A stretch of 64,000 nt of DNA from Octopus vulgaris (taxonomy: Eukaryota), in NCBI GenBank assembly GCA_951406725.2, contig OX597828.1:52824001-52888000 (forward strand). The letters run 5' to 3'. This document shows positions 42,203 through 56,961 of the stretch, one piece after another. The notes below the pieces were generated by a model, which was not told where the DNA came from, made no database searches, and saw only the letters and a list, made by a program, of their open reading frames with translations. The position numbers were made by a program, and so were the translations under genes. Numbering within the stretch: the stretch's first letter is position 1; every line of letters begins with the position of its first letter.

Positions 42203-42407
42203 CACATACATGACATCACAAGACTCAATATTTACATATATTTTTAACGGTTTTAAAGGTGTGCTTTTGCAGGTGAGAAGGGTGTATATCATGGCTATTT
42301 TCCTTACTTTCTTTGTAAGCAACGCGTTTCTAGCCAGCGTCATTGTGTTTTTGTTACATCTTTGGATGTAACTACAGTTTTATTAGTGTTTCTTGAAGTA
42401 ACATTGA

Positions 42408-42559
42408 ACGTGGCTGTGTGGTAAGAAGCTTGCTTACCAACCACATGGTTCAGGGTTCAGTCCCACTGCGTGGTACTTTGGGCAAGTGTCTTCTATTATT
42501 GCCTCGGGCCGACCAAAGCCTTGTCAGTGGATTTCGAAGACGGAAACTGAAAGTCCGTT

Positions 42560-42591
<32 letters not shown>

Positions 42592-42815
42592 ATGTTTGTG
42601 TGTGTGTGTATTTTTGTGTGTCTGTGTTTGTCCCCTCAACATCGTTTGACAACCGATGGTAGTGTGTTTACGTCCCGTAACTTAGCGGCTCGGCAAAAGA
42701 GACCGATAGAATAAGTACTAGGCTCACAAAGAACAAGGCCTGGGTCGATTTGTTCGACTAAAGGCGGTGCTCCAGCATGGCCACAGTCAAATGACTGAAA
42801 CAAGTAAAAGAGTAA
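42408..42815 (+). mobile_element. SINE family C, near full length
   Basis: Homologous to the other family C copies. Confidence 0.88.
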
Positions 42816-42874
42816 ATGAGTATATATGTAAAACCTGCGGTAACTTTAAACATATTTGTAATGCCAAGAGTAAT

Positions 42875-42962
42875 GTGTATGTGCATGCGTGCCGCGAGTG
42901 TATGTGCATGCGTGCCGCGAGTGTATGTGCGTGCGTGCCGCGAGTGTATGTGCGTGCGTGCG
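42875..42962. repeat. 23-bp minisatellite GTATGTGCATGCGTGCCGCGAGT, ~3.5 units
   Basis: GCCGCGAG at 42891, 42914 and 42937. Confidence 0.9.
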
Positions 42963-43295
42963 TGTTTGTGTATGTGTGTGTGTGTGTTTTACACTAGAGG
43001 TAACTATATTTTTGACACGAGAAGTAACTTAAACGCATTTGGAACACATTTAGATCTTAGACTTTAGATCTTTGATGTCGTCCTGCTTGTTCACTTTTAA
43101 CAGTTACTGCGCCACTACGTGCGTGCATGTGTTTGTGTGTGTGTGCGTGCGTGTGTGTGTATGTGTGTGTGTACGTGTGTGTGTGTGAGAGAGTGTGTGT
43201 GTGTGTGTGTACATATGAACGTGTAGTATTCAATTGTGTGTGTACTGCGATGCAAACTGTTAAAAATGAGCATTAAAACAGCAAAGATTAAAATG

Positions 43296-43328
<33 letters not shown>

Positions 43329-43399
43329 TTTCCACCACCACCAATAATAATGATAATGATGATGATGATGATTCCGTTATAGTAACAAGAAGAGTAGTA

Positions 43400-43560
43400 A
43401 AATTCATTGAAATGCTCAAATCCCGATGGACCAAAATACCTCCATTAAAAGAACTGGAGAAAGTTTCTAAGTATAAAGACTTGGAAATAGAAACATCGAA
43501 AATGTGAAGAATTATGCAAAAATAATCCCAATAATGGTAAGTACAAAAGGAATTACGAGG
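43400..43560 (+). mobile_element. R4/Dong-like non-LTR retrotransposon, restriction-like endonuclease remnant
   Basis: KELEKVSKYKDLEIETSKM* fits the RLE motif E.EK..KY.DL..EI..MW. Confidence 0.7.
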
Positions 43561-43616
43561 AAATAAAGCGTACACTCACATATGATCACACGTACACACA
43601 TACATGTATGCATATA

Positions 43617-43668
<52 letters not shown>

Positions 43669-44059
43669 CACACACAAACATCAGTGCATGTACATATGTA
43701 TATAGACAGATACATCTACACATTGACTCACGCCAGCATACGTATATATACACACACGTATTTTTAATGTCTATATACAGGTATACAGAAAAAAAAAGGG
43801 GGAAAGTGAGAAACAGGTTCATAATGCGTATACATTAACACAACATATGTAAGTAAATATATATATACATATATAGATATGTATATACATATATATATAT
43901 ATATGTGTATGTATATATTATATAAATATATATATATATGTATGTATGTATCTATATTTATATATGTATATATATATACACATATATAAATGTATGTATG
44001 AGCGTGTATGCATATATTTATTTATATATGTATGTATATATATATGTACATATATATAT

Positions 44060-44091
<32 letters not shown>

Positions 44092-44229
44092 GTATGTATT
44101 TAGGTATCTATATATATGTATGTGTATTATGTATGTATATATGTATGTATGTGTATGTGTATACGTATGCACATACGTATATATATATGTATGTATATAT
44201 GTATCTATCTATCTATCTATATATATATG

Positions 44230-44260
<31 letters not shown>

Positions 44261-44454
44261 GTGTGTTTGTGTGTGTGTGTATGTTCCTGCAATCACATGC
44301 GCACGAAATGACATGAATCCGGATTTTCCTTAAATTGCAGAAGTAAAAAAACATCTCTCAAACATTTTTATATACATCCTACTTTTGCCAGAGAATACTC
44401 GGATTTTTTCTATAAACATTTACATAATCATGTATAGACACACACACACACACA

Positions 44455-44514
<60 letters not shown>

Positions 44515-44709
44515 TATGCATACAACTGTATGTACAGAACATTAACTGGTACAATCGTTTCCTTCTGTAAAACAATAGCTGGCCGCATTAAATATCTCCG
44601 TCTAACGCAAGCTAAGAATAAAATCTCTAAGTGGTCACTCGATATGCTAGAAATAGTAACTATATTATTATTTTATCCTTTCAGTGGAACCCTTAATCAT
44701 AAGCTGAAT

Positions 44710-44920
44710 AATCCTTTCTGATATAGGCACAAGACCTGAAATTTTTGGTAGGATAAGATAAGTAGATTGTAATTTTGAGGAAGGGAGCCAATCGATTACA
44801 TCCCAATGTTCGACTGATACGTATTTCATCGACTCCGAAACAATAAAAGGCAAAGTCGACTTCGGCGGAATTTGAACTCAGAACGTAACGACAGACGAAA
44901 TACCGTTAAGCATTTCGCGT
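44710..44920 (-). mobile_element. SINE family A, tail variant 1
   Basis: Homologous to the other family A copies. Confidence 0.78.
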
Positions 44921-45724
44921 AAACTGAATAATATACTGCGTACACGGACATTTAAAGGTATAAGCACCTGCGAACAGACATGTGTACAGGGAGAGGCCTA
45001 TAAAAAGTCTTTTTATATTTTTTGTTGGTCATAATTATTTATGTCAAGTTGTAATTCCTGACGAAGAATCAAATTTTTATTTCAAGAATTTTGGGAGGAA
45101 GGTGTTTAGTCGTTGCTATCGGCCTCAAATAGTGAAAGCTAAAGTAGACCTGCGTGAAATTTGAAACCAGCACATAAATAACCGGAACAAATACTGCATG
45201 GCGTTTTGTCCGATGCTCAAACGATTCTCCAAACAAACCATCCTTTTTGCCAGCTTTATCCTCATCATCATCAGCAGCAGCAGCAGCAACAACAACAACA
45301 GCAACGGCATTAGATCAACAACAAAAACAACAACGTCATCCCCAACAGACCACATCGACAACAAACAAATTTAAGTGCTGTATGAAGAAGTGGAGGGGAA
45401 GAGGAGTAAAAATATTTGCTGATGCCAAGATGTCTCATGTAAGGATTTAAAGGAAGCAGGTAACTGTGGATTATCTGTCTCGTTGTTGAGGTGGTGCTTT
45501 TAAGTGATTTAGTGGTGGGGAAACATTTTTTTTGGGGGGATGGGGGCGGTGGTTTTTAGATGATTTTTGCTGATTTTTTGGCATTTCACAATAGAAAATG
45601 GCGATTTTAAAAGATTTTCAATGTTGAAGCAAAATATTTATTGCGGTTTATAAGATAGCTTTAGAGGGAGAGAATGCGGCGGGGTGGGTGAGTAAGTGAG
45701 AGAGAGGAGTCATTATAAACAGAA

Positions 45725-45764
<40 letters not shown>

Positions 45765-45935
45765 TGAAAGAGAGAGAGAGGGGGGGACACAGGAGGAGAG
45801 TCAAACGACGAAGACAGAAATTCAGAGAAAAAGTGAACGAGGTAGTCATAAGGCTGGAGAGGGCAAATAAAGTGAGAAGAGAGACGTAGAAGATAGAAAA
45901 AAAAGCAGTCAATGATAAAAAGAAAAAGAGAAATA

Positions 45936-46826
45936 TGAGGTCTGAACAATAAGTATCCGGACTGTTGCCATAGTAACGAAGCTAAAACATGCAGGATGAA
46001 GCCGCTTGGCAGAGATTGATCTTGAATTTTGTTGTGCATGCACATTAAGTTTTAGCGTTCTGGTTCACTTCTGCTGTTGACAGCAATGCTTGGAAGGAAG
46101 ATGTGTAGCGTGTGACCATCACATTGATCACGACAGAGAAAGTTGTCAAGGTGATACCTGCTCAGAGGCTTATGCAAAGTTGCAGAAAGTAAATGGAGAG
46201 GAGTGTATGAGCCGGACACAAGTGTAAGAATGGTTCAGGCGTTTCCAAGATAGCCGGAAAAATGTCGATATTGACGAACGTTCTGGGAGACCCACAAGCA
46301 GCAGAACTGAGAAAAACATCGGAGATGCGTGTAGCTGTGAGAAGAAATCATCGAACCACTCTCCGTGAGTTTTCAGAGGATGAGCAAATTAGTTACGGTT
46401 TAGTTCAGTTCATTATCCCTGAAGATTTGGGCATGAGATGCGTGTCTGCCAAATTTGAGCGAAAAACTGTTTTCACCTAACCGAAAAGACCCTCGAGTTT
46501 CAGTTGCACAAGATCTCCTTGATTGTGTCGAGAATGGTGAATACTTTGCGCAGGCCTCTGAGCAGGTATCGCCAAGTTTTTGGCAAAATTTGATGCAAGG
46601 ATGCAAGTTCTCTGCTCAGCTTTCTCTATTATGGTCAATGTTACGATTACACGCTACACACCTTCCTTCCAAGCACTGCTGTAAACAGCGAAAGTAAGCT
46701 TGAACGTTAAAATTTAGTGCGCATGCACATCAGAGTTGAGGGTTAATCTGTACCCAGCGCTTTTACTCTGCGTGCTTAGGCTTCGTTACTATGGTAATAG
46801 TGCGGATATTTACTGATCAGACCACG
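45936..46826. mobile_element. Foldback mariner derivative built from two 5' halves (irritans-like)
   Basis: 45936-46542 (+): TIR, 5' UTR, EWFRRFQD...DERSGRP...EDLGMRCVSAKF; 46543-46826 (-): TIR, 5' UTR, CIKFCQKLGDTCSEACAK. Confidence 0.82.
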
Positions 46827-46859
46827 TGTAGCATATGATCAATGAATCAACAAAAAAGG

Positions 46860-47525
46860 GAGAGACCGAGACAGAGACGAGAGAGGGACAGAGTGTGAAT
46901 AAAGAGAAAAAGTACTGTGGTTAAAAGAGAAAACAGAGACAAAACGAATGCATAGATTATAGACAATCGGCGCAAAACAGTGAAAGGGAGAGTGAGAGAA
47001 GACAGCGTAGGAGGGAATGGAAGAGAGAAGATAAAGAAATAGTTACAGTTAAAGGAAGATAGAGAGATAATAATGATGGAGAGGTGGTAATAGAGATGTA
47101 GGCATGAAGATATAAAAGCAGAGGGGAAGTGATTAGGATAAAGGTGTGCGGAAGAGAAGAGAAATTCGGTACATGATAGAAAAATGAGACTGTGGACTAG
47201 AGGAGGAACATAGAAAGAGAAAGGCAGATTATATAGGAAAGAAATAGGAAGAAAGAGATATAGGTAGATAGAGGGGGAAATGGTGAGAGTAGGAGGGAAA
47301 AGAAAGACAGGCTGTGAAATAGAAGAAAGTGAGAAATTATGGTGGTAGAGAAAACAGAAGAAAAATAGAGAGATGAGTAGAGAGATGAAAAATGAATGAA
47401 GGAGAGAAAGAAAGAAATTGTGAACTACAGACGTGGAGGGAAAGAGAGAGATGCGGAAAGACCGGAAGAGTGAGACAGAAACGGAAGCAGAAAAAATTTA
47501 AAGATTTAAGAAAGATTTAAGAAGG
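46860..47525. repeat. Purine-rich (GA) low-complexity tract
   Basis: Strong purine skew on the + strand without a fixed period. Confidence 0.75.
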
Positions 47526-47694
47526 CATCGTAAAAGCTGCAAGAGGCTGATTTAAGCATCATTAAAAGAATAATGGACACCAACGAAGAAAAAATTATCA
47601 ATACCGAAATATAGCAGTCGAAATTCACACAGATTTCGAGCAACTAACCACCTTAAAAGATGAACACAGAGGATATAAATTTAATGAGTAGATA

Positions 47695-48095
47695 GGCGCA
47701 GGAGTGGCTGTGTGGTAAGTAGCTTGCTAACCAACCACATGGTTCCGGGTTCAGTCCCACTGCGTGGCATCTTGGGCAAGTGTCTTCTGCTATAGCCCCA
47801 GGCTGACCAATGCCTTGTGAGTGGATTTGGTAGACGGAAACTGAAAGAAGCCTGTCGTATATATGTATATATATATATATGTATATGTATGTGTTTGTGT
47901 GTCTGTGTTTGTCCCCCTAGCATTGCTTGACAATCGATGATGGTGTGTTTACGTCCCCGTCACTTAGCGATTCGGCAAAAGAGACCGATAGAATAAGTAC
48001 TGGGCTTACAAAGAATAAGTCCCGGGGTCGATTTGCTCGACTAAAGGCGGTGCTCTAGCATGGCCGCAGTCAAATGACTGAAACAAGTAAAAGAG
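47695..48095 (+). mobile_element. SINE family C, near-consensus full length
   Basis: GGCGCAGGAGTGGCTGTGTGGTAAG head through the AAGTAAAAGAG tail. Confidence 0.92.
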
Positions 48096-48170
48096 AAAAA
48101 GAGAGAAAGAGATACATAATTTACATTATTTACATTTGACCGATATTTGTCCTCATCTTGTTTGTTGTTA

Positions 48171-48214
48171 ACACAACGTTTCGGCTGATATAGCCTCCAG
48201 CCTTCTTCGGGTGT
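48171..48214 (-). ncRNA. Minimal type I hammerhead-like motif in a Penelope-like fragment (48112-48235)
   Basis: ACAC-CCGAAGA-A-GGCTG-GAGGCTATAT-CAGCC-GAAA-CG-TT-GTGT; U4 replaced by C. Confidence 0.6.
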
Positions 48215-48235
48215 CTTGGTGGAAATTTCGAACCT

Positions 48236-48344
48236 TTAGGTGTTTTCGCTCAATAAACACTCACAACGCCCGGTCTGGGAATCGAAACCACGATCCTACG
48301 ACCGCGAGTTCGCTGCCCCAACCACTGAGCCATTGCGCCTCCAC
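48236..48344 (-). mobile_element. SINE family B head, truncated
   Basis: Reverse complement of the GTGGAGGCGCAATGG head. Confidence 0.85.
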
Positions 48345-48391
48345 ACATACATACGTATATACATGCATACATACATACATACATACATACA

Positions 48392-48427
<36 letters not shown>

Positions 48428-49613
48428 TACATACATACATACATACATACACACATACATACATACATACATACATACATACATACATACATACATACAT
48501 ACGTACGAACATACATACATACATACGTATATACATACATACAGACATACATACATACATACATACATAGATACATACATACATACATACATACATACAT
48601 ACATACATACATACATACATACATACATACATACATACATACATACATACATACATACATACATACATACGTACGAACATACATACATAATACATACATA
48701 CATACATACATACATACATGCATAATACATACATACATACATACATACATACATACATACATACATACATACATACACACATACATACATACATACATAC
48801 ATACATACATACGTACGAACATACATACATACATACATACATACATACATACGTACGAACATACATACATACATACATACATACATACATACATACATAC
48901 ATACATACATACATACATACATACATACATACATACATACATACATACATACATACATACATACATACATACATACACACATACATACATACATACATAC
49001 ATACATACATACATACATACATACATACATACATACATACATACATACATACATACATACATACATACATACATACATACATACACACATACATACATAC
49101 ATACATACATACATACATACATACATACATACATACATACATACATACATACATACGATACATACATACATACATACATACATACATACATACATACATA
49201 CATACATACATACATACATACATACATACATACATACATACATACATACATACATACATACATACATACATACATACATACATACATACATACATACATA
49301 CATACATACATACATACATACATACATACATACATACATACATACATACATACATACATACATACATACATACATACATACATACATACATACATACATA
49401 CATACATACATACATACATACATACGTACGATACATACATACATACATACATACATACATACATACATACATACATACATACATACATACATACATACAT
49501 ACATACATACATACATACATACATACATACATACATACATACATACATACATACATACATACATACATACATACATACATACATACATACATACATACAT
49601 ACATACATACATA
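48345..49613. repeat. (TACA)n array, ~1.27 kb
   Basis: Directly visible, with recurring TACGTACGAAC interruptions. Confidence 0.98.
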
Positions 49614-49989
49614 CACACTCATATACAGATTCGTATGTGTGTGCGTGTGACAAATGGTCTTCTTTTTCTTACTAAATGTAAAAATTTAGCCAGTCTATGA
49701 ATCGCAATGAATACAATAAGTATACTGGGTACAGTTTTAGCCTAACATGACAATCCTATCTTTTTATTCAAAGGTAGCATTGTTAGGCCTGCATTAACCA
49801 CTGTCCCTGTAACTTTTTAAGACAGTAGGGTGCGATTTAAGGGTGATTTATCTATTCCGGCACTTCTCAATAACACCTACCAGTCTTAAGACAACAATCA
49901 TAAAGATCCGCTACGGCTACTGCTGTCAGCACAAAATCTCCCTTCTTCCCTTCGCAACGGTAGCAACAATAGGCACACCCGTAGCTCTT

Positions 49990-50140
49990 TTGATTCTCAA
50001 CAATATAGTTCCAGGTTCAGTCCCACTGTGTCGCACCTTGGGCAAGTGTCTACTAATATAACATCGGGCCGACTAAAGCCTTGTGAGTGGATTTGGTTGA
50101 CGGAAACTGAAGCAAGCATCGTATGTGTGTGTGTGTGTGT

Positions 50141-50225
<85 letters not shown>

Positions 50226-50445
50226 TGCATGTGTATGTTTTGTCTGTGTTTGTCCCCAGCTCTGCTTGACAACCGACATTGGTATATTTACGTCCCCGTA
50301 ACTTAGCATTTCGGCAAAAGAAACGATAGAATAAGTATCAGGCTTAGAATAAAATAATGTACTGGGGTTGATATTTTTAAACTAAAATTCTTCAAAATGC
50401 CCCAGCATGGTCGCAATTTAATTAATGAAATAAGTAAAAGAATAA
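49990..50445 (+). mobile_element. SINE family C, diverged
   Basis: Homologous to the other family C copies. Confidence 0.8.
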
Positions 50446-50513
50446 AGAACCGTGGGTAGCAACAACTGCTACTACACGAGAAATTGTAACAATAACAGCA
50501 AAATCTACTACTG

Positions 50514-50549
<36 letters not shown>

Positions 50550-52258
50550 TCCAACGATTAAGTCTGAACGTGGTCACCTGACCTACTTGAAATAATTTCC
50601 CTCGAATCTAACACGAATGACTTAGACAAGAAAAGCAAGCACACACACTGGGTATTATAATCCTAGGTATATCATTCCCCCCAACAAAAAAGATGAAAAA
50701 CAAGGTGGGCGCGGACGGATTGCTTTTGATGAAAGATCTTATCGATTATTAGCATCAAATACGACACAATGACCAGATCAACAACCGCAGTATGAATGAG
50801 AACACCTCATCGCTCGATACTACCACTAACGAGTGAACCCTTACATGGTCGTATAATCTGCTAGACATAGCAACAAATGCTCGCCCAAATCACACGCTTC
50901 CTGCTTGAAAAAGTTACAGTGGACAATGAGGTCCTATATGTATTACAAGAAGGGCTAATTATAACTGAAATGTCTTTAATAACGGGTGCCCTCAATATAG
51001 GTTAACATAGTGCTAAAGAACAATAAGGACAACTGTAATATTATCAAAACTGTAGAGCTCCGTCTACAGGTGGTCTGACACAGGTCTGCTAAGTACACAG
51101 TTTATCAATGACCAGATCAACAGATGGACCACACCAACTCTGCTCACTAGTGTGTCAACAAGTGCAGAATGCAGAACGTATTAGTGTCACCGTTAAACTG
51201 TGCTGTAGAGGTATGTGGTGACATCAGCAATCTCATATTTTCATCAGTAACTGAGATGGAGAAGATACAGCTGCTATAAAATCAAGCCTTATTGCTATTG
51301 TTGTTATTGTGGCTGTCGTCTTCATCGCTGTAGTTGTTATTGTTGCTGGTGTTGTTGTTTAGTACCAGGTCAGTCCTTATAAAACAGAACTACGACCTGC
51401 TTTATGACGGCCAAAACAGTGACTTTGCCCAGTGTACCCTTAACGCAGTTCTCACGGATATTCGGCGTGGCACAGATTGTGATAAGGTTGGCCCTTTAAA
51501 ATACAGGCATAACCCATTTTTTTCCGGTTGAATGGACTGGAGTAACGTGAAATATAGTGTCCTGCTCAAAGATACAACGCACCGCTGGAGTTTGAACTCG
51601 GGGTTTGAACTCACGACCTTACATCTCAGTAAGCTAGCAGTTCGGCAAAACGGTTCCGACAGAATAAGTACTAAGCTTACAAAGAATAAGTCCTGGGGTC
51701 GATTATATGTAAATCAGATTACATGTAGTTTGTATAATATTTGTTAACTTGCATTATAGAAAGAAACACCCTATAAATATGTTTTTATTCATTTCCACTT
51801 TATATATACACTGATTTAGAGGAAATGTACACGAAACATGGGGTACTTAATCCTACATATCCCGTAAAAATTTCAAGAAAATCGAACAAGGAGTTTTGAT
51901 TTTATTGAGGGATGATTGACCTGCATAATAAAAGGGGACATAACGTATATATATGAAAGCAGTAATCTCGAAAATATGGCGTTGTGTTTCTTGGTAAAGA
52001 AATTGACCAACACATAAAATTTACTATTGCCCCAAAGGATACAGAATGTAACTCTTTACCAATGTTCTTATTTCAAATCCAGCGACGGAGCTTTGTTCGT
52101 TTGTTAGAAACCAGCCGTTTCTTTTATAGGATCATTTGGAAGGGAAGAAGAAAACTAATATATACATACGCATAGAGACAATCACTTAGAAAAACAAATA
52201 GACTGGGAGGTCCATGAATTCGATACAGAAAGATAGATAGGTAGAACGGTAGGTAGGC

Positions 52259-52298
<40 letters not shown>

Positions 52299-52299
52299 G

Positions 52300-52400
<101 letters not shown>

Positions 52401-52408
52401 TATAGATG

Positions 52409-52493
<85 letters not shown>

Positions 52494-52807
52494 GCAGTAA
52501 AGGTATATAGACAATAGTAAATGAAATAAAAATGATGGGAAAACAGGTGGAAAGTGTGATTTGATTAAAAAAAAAAGAAAACGGAAGGGATATGAAGGAG
52601 GGTGAATGAATATAATGAAAGAAGCCTGAAGGTGTTTAGTGTTTCCCGGGTATATCAGGAGTATATAAGGGTGTATATAGCTGTTAAAATAAATAAAGCA
52701 TATCGGAGGGTAGCCCACATAAATATATACATACGCATACGTACACATGGCCACACACATATGGCCACATCCACACACACACACACACACACACACAGTG
52801 TGTTTGT

Positions 52808-52847
<40 letters not shown>

Positions 52848-52856
52848 TCTTTTTAA

Positions 52857-53070
52857 GTCGGTGTGCTACCAGAATCGTTAGCGTGCCGGACAAAATTCTT
52901 AGAGGCATTTCGTTCAACTTTGCGTTCTGAGTTCAAATTCCACTGAGGTAGACTTTTTCTTATATCCTTTCTGGGTCGATAAAATATGTATCCACTGAGC
53001 AGTGGAGTCGATATAATCGACTAACCTTTTCCCTCCAAAATTTTCAGGGATTGTGTGTATAACAGAAACG
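52857..53070 (+). mobile_element. SINE family A, tail variant 1, diverged
   Basis: CAGAATCGTTAGCGTGCCGG...GTTCTGAGTTCAAATTCC. Confidence 0.75.
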
Positions 53071-53490
53071 ATTATTATTATTATTATTTGATTTCCATAG
53101 TGCGAAGATTTCGCGTCTCTTCTCTCAGCGACACACGATTTATTCATGTATTACCAAATAAAATTCTCTTTGAGCCACTTGTAAGAAAGCTGTAATTATC
53201 TAAGAAAGGCCTGCCTCCGATAACCTGACATAAAAAGGAAAATATTGAGAGTGTTTTCAGACATCAATTTTTAGAAGAATTCATTATATTTCCACATCCA
53301 AATGGCAAGCAGACATACTTATACTATAAGGATAAGAACTGCAATGTAGAAAGTCCAAACACACAACAGTAGAAGTTGAAAGAGAAAATGGACATTTAGT
53401 GAAGAATTTATGGAAAACAATGCTCCTAATACTAAAATAAGTAGTTTTGGAGGAGACAGCAACAGTAGTAACAACATAACAACAGCAAGA

Positions 53491-53680
53491 GTGGAGGCGC
53501 AATGGCCCAATGGTTAGGGCAGCGGACTCGTGGTCGTAAGAACGCGTATTCGATTCGCAAACCGGGCATTGTGAGTGTTTATTGAGTAAAAACACCTAAA
53601 CTCCACGAGGATCCGTCAGGGGTAGTGGTGAACCCCCCTGTACTCTTTCACCACAATTTTCTCTCACTCTTTCTTCATAC
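53491..53680 (+). mobile_element. SINE family B, 3' truncated
   Basis: GTGGAGGCGCAATGGCCC head. Confidence 0.82.
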
Positions 53681-54112
53681 TTCTGCCACAAAGCAGAGGA
53701 ACCATGGTGTATATATATGAATATATATATAAGCATTTCGCCCGACGTGCTAACAACTGTACCGCCTCGACGCCTTAATAATAACAATAATAATAATAAT
53801 AAAATTAATAATAATAATAATAATAATAATAATGAAGGAGAAGCTTGTCGTGTACATACAGTGTATACACACACTCACACATGCGCGCACGCTAATATCG
53901 AACTGTGCTTTTACGTAAAGAGAATCTCACAACAGCCCGCCACCTGAAAAAAGAAGGTACCCGTTTCACCATTAAACATATCCTTTGAAGTATAGTTATT
54001 CCGTATATTTCGTCTGAGTTGCTCATTATTTGTCATTCTCATTATTCTAAAAGCTGTGAATCAGTTCCTGGGCAGATGGAATCTTGACACTGACAACGTA
54101 ATTGTTTACAAA

Positions 54113-54487
54113 GTGGAGGCACAATGGCCCAGTGGTTAGGGCAGCGGACTCGCGGTCATAGGATCGCGGTTTCGATTCCCAGACCGGGCGTTGTGAGTGT
54201 TTATTGAGCGAAAACACCTAAAGCTCCACGAGGCTCCGGCAGGGGATGGTGGTGATCCCTGCTGTACTCTTTCACCACAACTTTCTCTGACTCTTACTTC
54301 CTGTTTCTGTTGTACCTGTATTTCAAAGTCACTCTCTGTGTCACGCTGAATATCCCCGAGAACTACGTTAAGGATACACGTGTCTGTGGAGTGCTCAGCC
54401 ACTTACACGTTAATTTCACGAGCAGGCTGTTCCGTTGATTCGGATCAACCGGAACCCTCGTCGTCGTAACCGACGGAGTGCTTCCAC
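54113..54487 (+). mobile_element. SINE family B, full length, tail variant 1
   Basis: 13-bp TSD AATTGTTTACAAA at 54100-54112 and 54488-54500. Confidence 0.93.
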
Positions 54488-55013
54488 AATTGTTTACAAA
54501 ATATCACAGAAAATACGATGCTATTGTTCACAAAATTCTTAACACAAAAAAACAAGTAAACAAATGATATCTGAATGCTTATGGCTTGTGCAACAAGATA
54601 AAAATATTGAGACCGTCAGTGATGTCTCATGTGTCAAATTCGTCGTTGGTGGGACGGCAAAGCCTAGAGGCAACTGATTCGTTTACCTTCGTGTGAGGTG
54701 GGACGTCAGTTGGTGCAATGCTATGGAGAGCAAATAGATGCTGGAAATGAGGAATTTGTTTGCATTTGTTGCGATAGTGATGATGGTTCTCATTGCGATG
54801 ATGGCGGGGAAACGCATTTCAGAAAATACGTACACACCTACGCCTACACACATTCATAAAGAAAACATTTTAAAAACATCTAAGTACACGAGCATGAAAA
54901 AACACAGACACACACACATATTGGCAATGAAATACACTCGTGCCGCAAAAAGTACATCATAATTTCATATTGTGTCTCAGTTATGATATTTTCCAGAAAA
55001 TATGCGTAAAATA

Positions 55014-55246
55014 TGTGTTTATTGAGCGAAAACACCTAAAGCTCCACGAGGGTCCGGCAGGGAGTGGTGAAGACCCCTGTTGTACTCTTTCGCTCCAACT
55101 TTCTCTCACTCTTTCTTCCTATTTCTTGAGAAACGCTGTGATGGACTAGCGTCCCATCCAGCTGGGGGGAACACATATGCCACAGAAACCGGGAAATCGG
55201 GCCCATGAGCCTGGCTAGGCTTGAAAAGGGCGAATAAATAAATAAA
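55014..55246 (+). mobile_element. SINE family B body, 5' truncated, tail variant 4
   Basis: Family B body followed by GTGATGGACTAGCGTCCCATCCAG...GAAAAGGGCG(AATA)n. Confidence 0.78.
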
Positions 55247-55718
55247 AGGTAAGAGAGACGACGCATTCAAGTAGAAATATTATGCAGTATTCTTGTCAGA
55301 CTTAGTTATCTCCCTTCACGTTAGTTTCAACTTTCCAGTTACTGCCACATAAGACGTTGCGAGAGTATCTCGTCCGGGTTTATATATTTCTTTGTATCTC
55401 TGCAGAGGAGGTTCATGTCTCAACCCCGTCAGTGAGGAATTATGTTTCTACCGCTGCAAGGTGGGTCAGTGTTTCTCATCTATACACAAAGACTGGTAGT
55501 GCTCTTCGTGTTGATCTCCCATTCTCTCCAAATTAACTACTACTTGGTTGATGGAACCATTGTACATTTTGGTTTTTGCAAGAGGTTTTGATCATTAACA
55601 AAATTTTGGTTCAACGTTGACTGACAGTGGAACTGGAACTGGAGAGGCGGAATGTTTGGTTTTAATACTTGCTTTAAGATCTATGCTGCTTGTTTGCATA
55701 TGAGAGCGGAGAGAGAGG

Positions 55719-55752
<34 letters not shown>

Positions 55753-56201
55753 GAGAGAGAGAGTGCATATGTGTAGAAGACAAAAGAAAACAAAAGCTAC
55801 AGAGAGCAGATAAAGAGACAAACGTAGAAATCACTGGACAATCGTATAAATACAGGCGGGTAGGTGTGTAAGGAGATGCAGTGAAGATACTTCTGTAGAT
55901 AGGTAGGTAGGTAGGTAGGTAGGTAGGTAGGTAAGAAAGGGTAGTTAAGTAGGAAGATAGGTAGAAAGATTACTAGGCAGATGAGTCGGTAAATATATAG
56001 CTAAAGTGATTGTTACAGAAGGGCCAAGTAAAAAGATAGTGATAGAAAGAAAGAAATTGACAGTGGATATATATATATATACATACATACATATATCTGT
56101 GTATGTATGTATATATATATTATGCATATGTATATACAAATGGATATATATATATATATATGGGGGGTGCGTGAGTGGGTGTGTATGTATATGTATATAT
56201 G

Positions 56202-56254
<53 letters not shown>

Positions 56255-56321
56255 GTGTATGTATATGTATATATGTATATATGTATATATGTGTGTATAT
56301 ATATATATATAAAGAGAGGCT

Positions 56322-56384
<63 letters not shown>

Positions 56385-56602
56385 CAGATTTATGAAACAC
56401 GCGTGTGTATGAAGCATGTATATGTATGTATATAAATATATATACGTATGTATATATATCTGTAAATATGTGTTGTGTGTGTGTATATACGTGTGCGTTT
56501 GTAGATAGGTATATTTATCTGTATACGGATTCACACATATAGAGTGTATATATATATATACATATATATTTTTATGCACGCACACGCACACACACACACA
56601 CA

Positions 56603-56657
<55 letters not shown>

Positions 56658-56922
56658 CTACCTGTACATTTACTCATACGCACACATTTAAAGGAACATG
56701 ATGAAACTAATACGAAGAGATTACTGTTGAAAGCCGGAGTTTAAATGAAGAGAAAGGTTCGCAGGGAGGAGAAGGTGGAGGCTGTATTGACATGCTTTTA
56801 ATAATAATACCAATATAAACGGAATAAAGATGGCATGGAATTACCAATGTAAAGAGACGTAGCGGCGGCGGCTATAGTGGTGGTGGTGGTGTTGATGGTG
56901 GTGGCGGTGGGAAATATGGGTT

Positions 56923-56961
<39 letters not shown>

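Noticed and set aside
48240-49653. ORFs of up to 467 aa (MYVC / HTYI repeats)
   Set aside because: Translations of the (TACA)n array; open in several frames on both strands
54113-54190. tRNA gene
   Set aside because: tRNA-like A/B boxes form the head of a multicopy SINE with body, tail and TSD
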